DNA from: a bacterium
GTDB lineage: Bacteria; UBA8248
Direction of reading: 5' to 3'
Assembly (NCBI GenBank): GCA_963692865.2
Contig: OY843592.1
Span: 3,392,001 to 3,456,000, forward strand
DNA length: 64,000 nucleotides
Shown: piece after piece, positions 59,301-64,000 of the stretch
How the letters are laid out: the number at the start of each line of letters is the position of its first letter
Numbering within the stretch: position 1 is the first letter of the stretch
Made by a program: the position numbers and the translations under genes
The notes under the pieces: model-generated
Seen by the model: only the letters and a program-made list of their open reading frames with translations
What the model was told of the DNA's origin: nothing
Database searches by the model: none

Positions 59301-60028
59301 GGCCTCCCTCCGCGTCCGACCTCACTCACAGTCACGACGAGCCGTCCGTCCGAGGGACCGCTCGCAGGCTTTCCCGCCCAGAGCGCGGCGGCGCCCGGCG
59401 CCATGCCTCGCATGAGGGCCCGGGGGTCGTCGCCCAGGGCCGAATCCACCTCGTAGACGCGCGCGATGAAGCGCCGCCCGCGCCAGGTTTCCAGGAGCGC
59501 GAGGCCCTCTGGACGTGACGTTTCGGATGTCGTGTGAATCACGTAGCCGGGGAGAACCTCGCGCAGTGCGACCGCGCGCACCAGCGCCACGATCGCGCCC
59601 ACGCGGCCCTCGCGGGGAGCGGGGCTTTCCTCCCGAGGCGCCGCGTCGGCGTTCCGGATCATGATCTGCGCGGAATCCCGCGCGGCGGTCCTTAACGTCA
59701 ACCGGTAGGTGAAGCCCTTCGCCGTCCCGATGAACAGCGTCAACGGCGCCCGCGCAGGGGCGGTGGTTTCCAGGGGCCGCAGGTAGAGGTCCCCGTGCGA
59801 CTTGTCGTGTTCGAGCGTAAAACCGTCCGGCCCCCGGACCACGCGCGCGACACGATCGTTTGCAAGCGTTATCCGGCTCACCGCACGGTCGGATATCTCG
59901 GCTTCGAGTTCCGCGTGGTCGGCACCGTCCAGGATCTGCATTCCAAAAACAGGAGCCGTCCACGGCGGGAGCGCCGCAACCAGAATCAAAGTGGTCAGAA
60001 TCATCGGAATTCTTCTCGTTCGCATCAT
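59297..60028 (-). CDS. traK: TraK
   Basis: Signal peptide; IS....RI....DR, GDLYL.P, LFI.T.KG.TY.L.L. Confidence 0.85.
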   Translation of the reverse strand: MMRTRRIPMILTTLILVAALPPWTAPVFGMQILDGADHAELEAEISDRAVSRITLANDRVARVVRGPDGFTLEHDKSHGDLYLRPLETTAPARAPLTLFIGTAKGFTYRLTLRTAARDSAQIMIRNADAAPREESPAPREGRVGAIVALVRAVALREVLPGYVIHTTSETSRPEGLALLETWRGRRFIARVYEVDSALGDDPRALMRGMAPGAAALWAGKPASGPSDGRLVVTVSEVGRGGRP

Positions 60029-60029
60029 C

Positions 60030-60587
60030 CTATTTGCGAGCCTCCAGTTCCTCGAAACGAAGCAGGCCGATCCGGCCCGCGTCCACGCGGAAGGACAACC
60101 GGTAGCGCTTCCGCTCGCGCGAGACCGGCTCGCGCCCCACCCAGGTTGCCAGCTCCCCGCCCACGACGACCGTCAGTCTCTCGGGGTCCGCCTCGATCCG
60201 CCCGGGGTAGAAGGCGGTCGTGAGGTCGCGCCGCGCCATGCGCCCGGCCTCGGCCGCGACCCAGGCGCCGATCGCGCCCCGCGCGGAGGCGTGGGCGAGC
60301 CGCGCCGCCGCCTCGCGGGCGTGCTCCGCGTTCTCGGGCGTGAGCGTAAGCAGCGTCACCGCCACGGTCCGCCCCATGTCCTCGAGGTAGCGGAGCCCCG
60401 TCCGCCCGCCGCCGACCTCCCACGCCGGCCCCGCCACGGCGGGCACCAGCACCGTCATGCGCTCCACCGAGGCGAGGCCGACGCTCAGTCCCAGGTTGGC
60501 CAGCAGCGATAGTGCGAGCAGCGTGGCCAGCGCCATGCGCCCGTCCCGAACGCGCCGCCGCTCGGTTTCCATCAGTTCGCGTTTCAT
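60030..60587 (-). CDS. traE: TraE
   Basis: TM, VLVP, YL.DM, TPEN, TAFYP; synteny. Confidence 0.85.
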   Translation of the reverse strand: MKRELMETERRRVRDGRMALATLLALSLLANLGLSVGLASVERMTVLVPAVAGPAWEVGGGRTGLRYLEDMGRTVAVTLLTLTPENAEHAREAAARLAHASARGAIGAWVAAEAGRMARRDLTTAFYPGRIEADPERLTVVVGGELATWVGREPVSRERKRYRLSFRVDAGRIGLLRFEELEARK

Positions 60588-60601
60588 CCCCTACAACCTC
60601 C

Positions 60602-60895
60602 TCATCCGATGAAGCGGCGCAGGTGGCTCGGCGGCGCGCCCTTGAGCCCCAGCGCGAAGCCGGGCAGGAACCAGTAGAGCGCGCAGATCGCGACGTCCGC
60701 CCCGCCGCCCCGCTTCGCGCGGCGCAGGAGCGCCCAGCCCGCGAGACCGGCCAGGAGACCCGTCAGGAAGGCGTTCGCCGCCAGACCCAGGAGCGCCGGC
60801 CCAAGCAGGGCCGCCGCCTCGTCCAGGGTCCAGAACAGCCAGCGCTCCGGGTCGTCGAGGCGAGAGGGGATGGCGTGTTTCGCCTGATCGTTCAT
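60602..60895 (-). CDS. traL: TraL
   Basis: IP.RLDDP.R.LFWTLDE, YWFLP, PPS..R.FIG. Confidence 0.92.
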   Translation of the reverse strand: MNDQAKHAIPSRLDDPERWLFWTLDEAAALLGPALLGLAANAFLTGLLAGLAGWALLRRAKRGGGADVAICALYWFLPGFALGLKGAPPSHLRRFIG

Positions 60896-60904
60896 CCGTC
60901 CCCC

Positions 60905-61204
60905 TCATATGATCGCCGTTCCGACGAGGCCCGTGACGATGCCGGTGCCCGCGCCCGCCGCGATGCCCACTCCCACCGCGCCCGCGAGTTGGGCTGCGTT
61001 GAAGCGAAGCACCGAACCCACCAAGGCGGCGCCCACGGCGAGCGCGGCCGCCAGCTGCCCGCCCGTGCCCGAGACGATCCCGGTCACCGTGTCGAGCGGA
61101 GCCGAGAACGTCGTGTCCGTCGTCGCCCAGGCTTGGTCGAATCCCCACAGCGCCCACAGGAGCGCGGCGAGCAGGCATCTGCTCAGGAAAGAAACTCTGT
61201 TCAT
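60905..61204 (-). CDS. traA: Conjugative pilin
   Basis: Leader plus two Gly/Ala-rich hydrophobic helices, immediately upstream of traL. Confidence 0.7.
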   Translation of the reverse strand: MNRVSFLSRCLLAALLWALWGFDQAWATTDTTFSAPLDTVTGIVSGTGGQLAAALAVGAALVGSVLRFNAAQLAGAVGVGIAAGAGTGIVTGLVGTAII

Positions 61205-61941
61205 CACGCAACCCTCCTTCCGTCGTCCGAGGTGGAGGTCCGCCTCCGCGCGGCGGCCCAGGCCTCGAGGTCCGCGAGCAGGTAGCGCACCCGCGAACCG
61301 AAACGATGAAACGCAGGCCCCGCCCCGCTCACGTGGTAGCGGTCCAGCGTCCTCCTCGAGAGGCCCAGCCACTCCGCCGCCTCCCGCGTACTCAGGTAAT
61401 GCTTGCCGTTCCCTTTCATGCACATCTCCCCTTCTGTCTCGGTCCCGCCAGTCGGGACCCCTGTAGTCTGCGGGCAGGACGCCGCCCGCGGGAAAGGTTT
61501 CACACCGGCCGTATCCGCCACCCGGGCGCGGATAACCCGCAGATCCTCTTCGCTCGCGTGCGAAGCCATCCAGGCGCGAACCCGCTCAATCGTCGCAAGC
61601 CGCGGCGAATACCCGCGGCGCAGTTTCCACACGAAGGAAGGACTGCCCGTGGCCTCCTCGCCAAGCACCCGCGGCTTCGTCCCCGTCAAGGCCATGAACG
61701 CCTCGACCTCGCTCCTGAAGGCCGGTCCCAGCGGCGGAGCCCCCATGAAGGCGAGCACCCGGTCCGCCGTCTTCATCCCCACGGAGCGTCCCCGGCGCAG
61801 TTCGTCCACGAAATCCGGATCTCCGAGCGCGGCTCTCCCGAGATATCTCGCGCTCACGCCGTGGCGCGCGCACCACGCGGCAACGCAGCGTTTCAAATTG
61901 TCGTCCAGGGGCATCTCTGTGTGATGAGCGAGCGTCTTCAT
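61204..61941 (-). CDS. Tandem Cro-like HTH domains fused to an AlpA/HTH_17 excisionase domain
   Basis: Two copies of LG..A.G.P.FV..LRRG.S....T..RV.A(F/W)M, then YLSTREAAEWLGLS.RTL.......GP.F.RFG.RVRY...DL.AW; start uncertain. Confidence 0.75.
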   Translation of the reverse strand: MKTLAHHTEMPLDDNLKRCVAAWCARHGVSARYLGRAALGDPDFVDELRRGRSVGMKTADRVLAFMGAPPLGPAFRSEVEAFMALTGTKPRVLGEEATGSPSFVWKLRRGYSPRLATIERVRAWMASHASEEDLRVIRARVADTAGVKPFPRAASCPQTTGVPTGGTETEGEMCMKGNGKHYLSTREAAEWLGLSRRTLDRYHVSGAGPAFHRFGSRVRYLLADLEAWAAARRRTSTSDDGRRVA

Positions 61942-62589
61942 GGGATAAATATATATGAATATATATGTTTTTATCAATAACTAAATATATCTAGTTTCCT
62001 GCGATTTTTTGCCACCCCCGCTCTCACTTGCGAACGGCTGCGCAGGGATATGGCAAAAAAGGTGATTTTCTTTCACAGCGACGGCGTGCAGGGGAGCGAG
62101 GCGGGGCCCCGAGACTCCGCACGGGAGAGAAACTGTCGCTTGAACCCGGAAAAACAGGCATTCCGACAGACGAATATAAAACGAAAACAAGCGAACCGCA
62201 ACACAGCTCCATGCCGGGAAACCTGATTGCCTGAAATTCACGGGCGCGCCACGCGGCATCACGGGAAAAACGGGTTCCGCCGATGACGGCCAGGAGAATG
62301 CAATCGGGGTGAATACTTGACACGGGGGCCACCGGTCATCGAAAGCTGCGCACCCTCCGGTCGGGATTCCACCAACCCGCACCCTCTCCGAAGCACCTGT
62401 AAAACCGGCCCGTAGCTTCCGTTGCGTGGTTCAATCGACGCTGAACGCAGGCGCCACAGGAATCGCTCATATCTCCTGCAACTCGCCTCTCACCGCCGGG
62501 AGGCCGAGCCGGGCGGGGCGAGGGCGAAGGCGGGAAGGTCCGAGAGGATTCCCGCTACGTTCCCATTCCATCCTCAGGAGGAGATTCAT

Positions 62590-64000
62590 ATGGCTCAGGC
62601 TGAACCGCTTATCCATTCCATTCCGCTCAGCCGGCTGGAACTCGCGCCGGAGAACGTCAGAAAGACCCCGGGCGACCCCGCCGCCTTCGCGGAGCTCAAG
62701 GCCTCCATCGTTGCCCACGGCCTGCTGGAGAACCTGATCGTCAGGGCGGAGGATCCCGGCGAAAGCGGTATCGAGCGCTGCGCCGTGGTCGCCGGCGGAC
62801 GCCGCCTCGCCGCCATGAAGGCCCTGGCGAAAGAGGGCGCTCTCGACGCGGATCACCCCGTACCCTGCCGTGTGATCGAGGCTGCGGAGAACGCAGAAGA
62901 ATTCTCGCTCGCCGAGAACGTGGTGCGCGTCGCCATGCACCCCGCCGACCAGGTCGTCGCGTTCGCGAAGCTTAGCCGTTCGGGGGTATCCGTATCCGCC
63001 ATCGCGGCGCGCTTCGGCGTGACGGAGCGCCTGGTCGAGCAGCGCCTGAGTCTCGGCAACGCCGCGCCCGAACTGCTCGACGCCTACCGGGCCGAAGAGA
63101 TGGACCTGGACACCCTGAAAGCCTTCACGGTCACGACCGACCACGCCCGGCAGATGGCGGTCTGGGAGCAGGTGAAGGAATACGGCTACGGGCCGAGCGG
63201 CTGGCAGGTGAGGCGCATGCTGACGGAGGAGAGGGTGTCCGCCGTCTCGGCCGTGGCGCGCTTCGTGGGAGAAGAAGCGTACGAGGCGGCGGGGGGTACG
63301 CTCACGCGCGACCTGTTCGCGGAAGAGGACGCCCGGGGAATATGGTTCGACGACCCCGCGCTCCTGAACGAACTCGCGGCGGAGAAACTCCGTGCGGCGG
63401 CGGACGAACTGAAGAAGCGCTGGAAGTGGGCCGAGGCGGTGGTCGAGGCCGACTGGAGCGCCATCGCGGGTTTTGGGCGGATAAGCCCCGAGCCGGGCGC
63501 TCCCACCGAGGAGGAGAAAGCCGAGCGGGAGAGGCTGTGGGCCCGCCATGACGAACTCGTCAACATGGACGAGGACGACTGGACCGACGAACTCGCCGAG
63601 GAGGCCGAAGCGCTCGAAGCGCGCCTGCGCGCGATCGACGAGGCCGTGAGCGCGCGGGCCGCGTTCCGGCCGGGCGACTATGAACTGGCGGGCTGCATCG
63701 CGACGGTTGGCCACGACGGCGCGCTCAAGGTCGTCGAGGGCCTCGTGAGGCCCGAGGACATGCCCGAGCGCACGGACGCGGACGAAGCAAACGGCGCCGA
63801 TCCGGGCCGCGTGGACGCGCCGCTCGCGACGCCGGCCGATCCGCGCGCGAAGGTCCGCAAGGAGACGGGGATCGGGATCGGACTCGCCGACGACCAGCGC
63901 GCCGTCCGGACGACGATCGTCAAGGCGTATTTGTCGGGAGACTTCGAGGCGGCCTTCGACCTGACGCTCTTCCAGTTCGTCCAGGCTGCGTTCGCCGATA
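62590..64000 (+). CDS. ParB N-terminal-domain protein of mobile elements (3' partial)
   Basis: Read by hand: ENVRKT, LKASI..HGLLENL, VVAGGRRL, SLAEN..R..MHPADQ; AGGAGGAG RBS; no stop before window end. Confidence 0.9.
   Translation, partial: MAQAEPLIHSIPLSRLELAPENVRKTPGDPAAFAELKASIVAHGLLENLIVRAEDPGESGIERCAVVAGGRRLAAMKALAKEGALDADHPVPCRVIEAAENAEEFSLAENVVRVAMHPADQVVAFAKLSRSGVSVSAIAARFGVTERLVEQRLSLGNAAPELLDAYRAEEMDLDTLKAFTVTTDHARQMAVWEQVKEYGYGPSGWQVRRMLTEERVSAVSAVARFVGEEAYEAAGGTLTRDLFAEEDARGIWFDDPALLNELAAEKLRAAADELKKRWKWAEAVVEADWSAIAGFGRISPEPGAPTEEEKAERERLWARHDELVNMDEDDWTDELAEEAEALEARLRAIDEAVSARAAFRPGDYELAGCIATVGHDGALKVVEGLVRPEDMPERTDADEANGADPGRVDAPLATPADPRAKVRKETGIGIGLADDQRAVRTTIVKAYLSGDFEAAFDLTLFQFVQAAFAD

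Larger units (their letters stand above)
36110..64000. mobile_element. Integrative conjugative element (F-type T4SS, MOBF relaxase); right end outside window
   Basis: Integrases, relaxase, T4CP, tra operon, excisionase and ParB-like gene are contiguous; left boundary inferred from the A+T-rich gap. Confidence 0.85.

Noticed and set aside
39552-63714. Long antisense or alternate-frame ORFs (e.g. 39552-41414, 45686-47428, 62467-63714)
   Set aside because: Shadows of real genes in high-GC DNA with no recognisable motifs

Overview
High-GC bacterial chromosomal window with four parts. (1) 1-11.2 kb holds metabolic genes (Fe-S oxidoreductase, acyl-CoA dehydrogenase, class IV aminotransferase, lpdA), two tandem helical-repeat paralogs and a Fic gene bracketed by 207-bp direct repeats. 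(2) 11.3-17.2 kb is an accessory/toxin-antitoxin hotspot: a DUF5678-like + retropepsin pair, an orphan DinJ, a pentapeptide-repeat membrane protein, DUF5131 with a likely tcmP remnant, GNAT/DUF1778 and MazEF. These genes are interleaved with MITE-like elements built from REP-like palindromes. (3) 17.3-36 kb holds mostly housekeeping genes, with more A+T over about 20-33.8 kb. nrdJ has NrdR and DnaA boxes upstream and is followed by a tandem array of three covarying two-hairpin RNA-like units and tRNA-Ala(CGC). The region also has a probable CxxU selenoprotein of the AhpD/CMD family with a SECIS-like hairpin, a molybdoenzyme large subunit, queF and an RND efflux pair. (4) 36.1-64 kb is an integrative conjugative element: tandem tyrosine integrases (the second frameshifted), an HU/IHF gene between duplicated integrase 3' ends, a MOBF relaxase, TraD, a near-complete F-type tra operon, an excisionase fusion and a ParB-like gene running off the edge. 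All calls come from reading motifs by eye; no searches were run.
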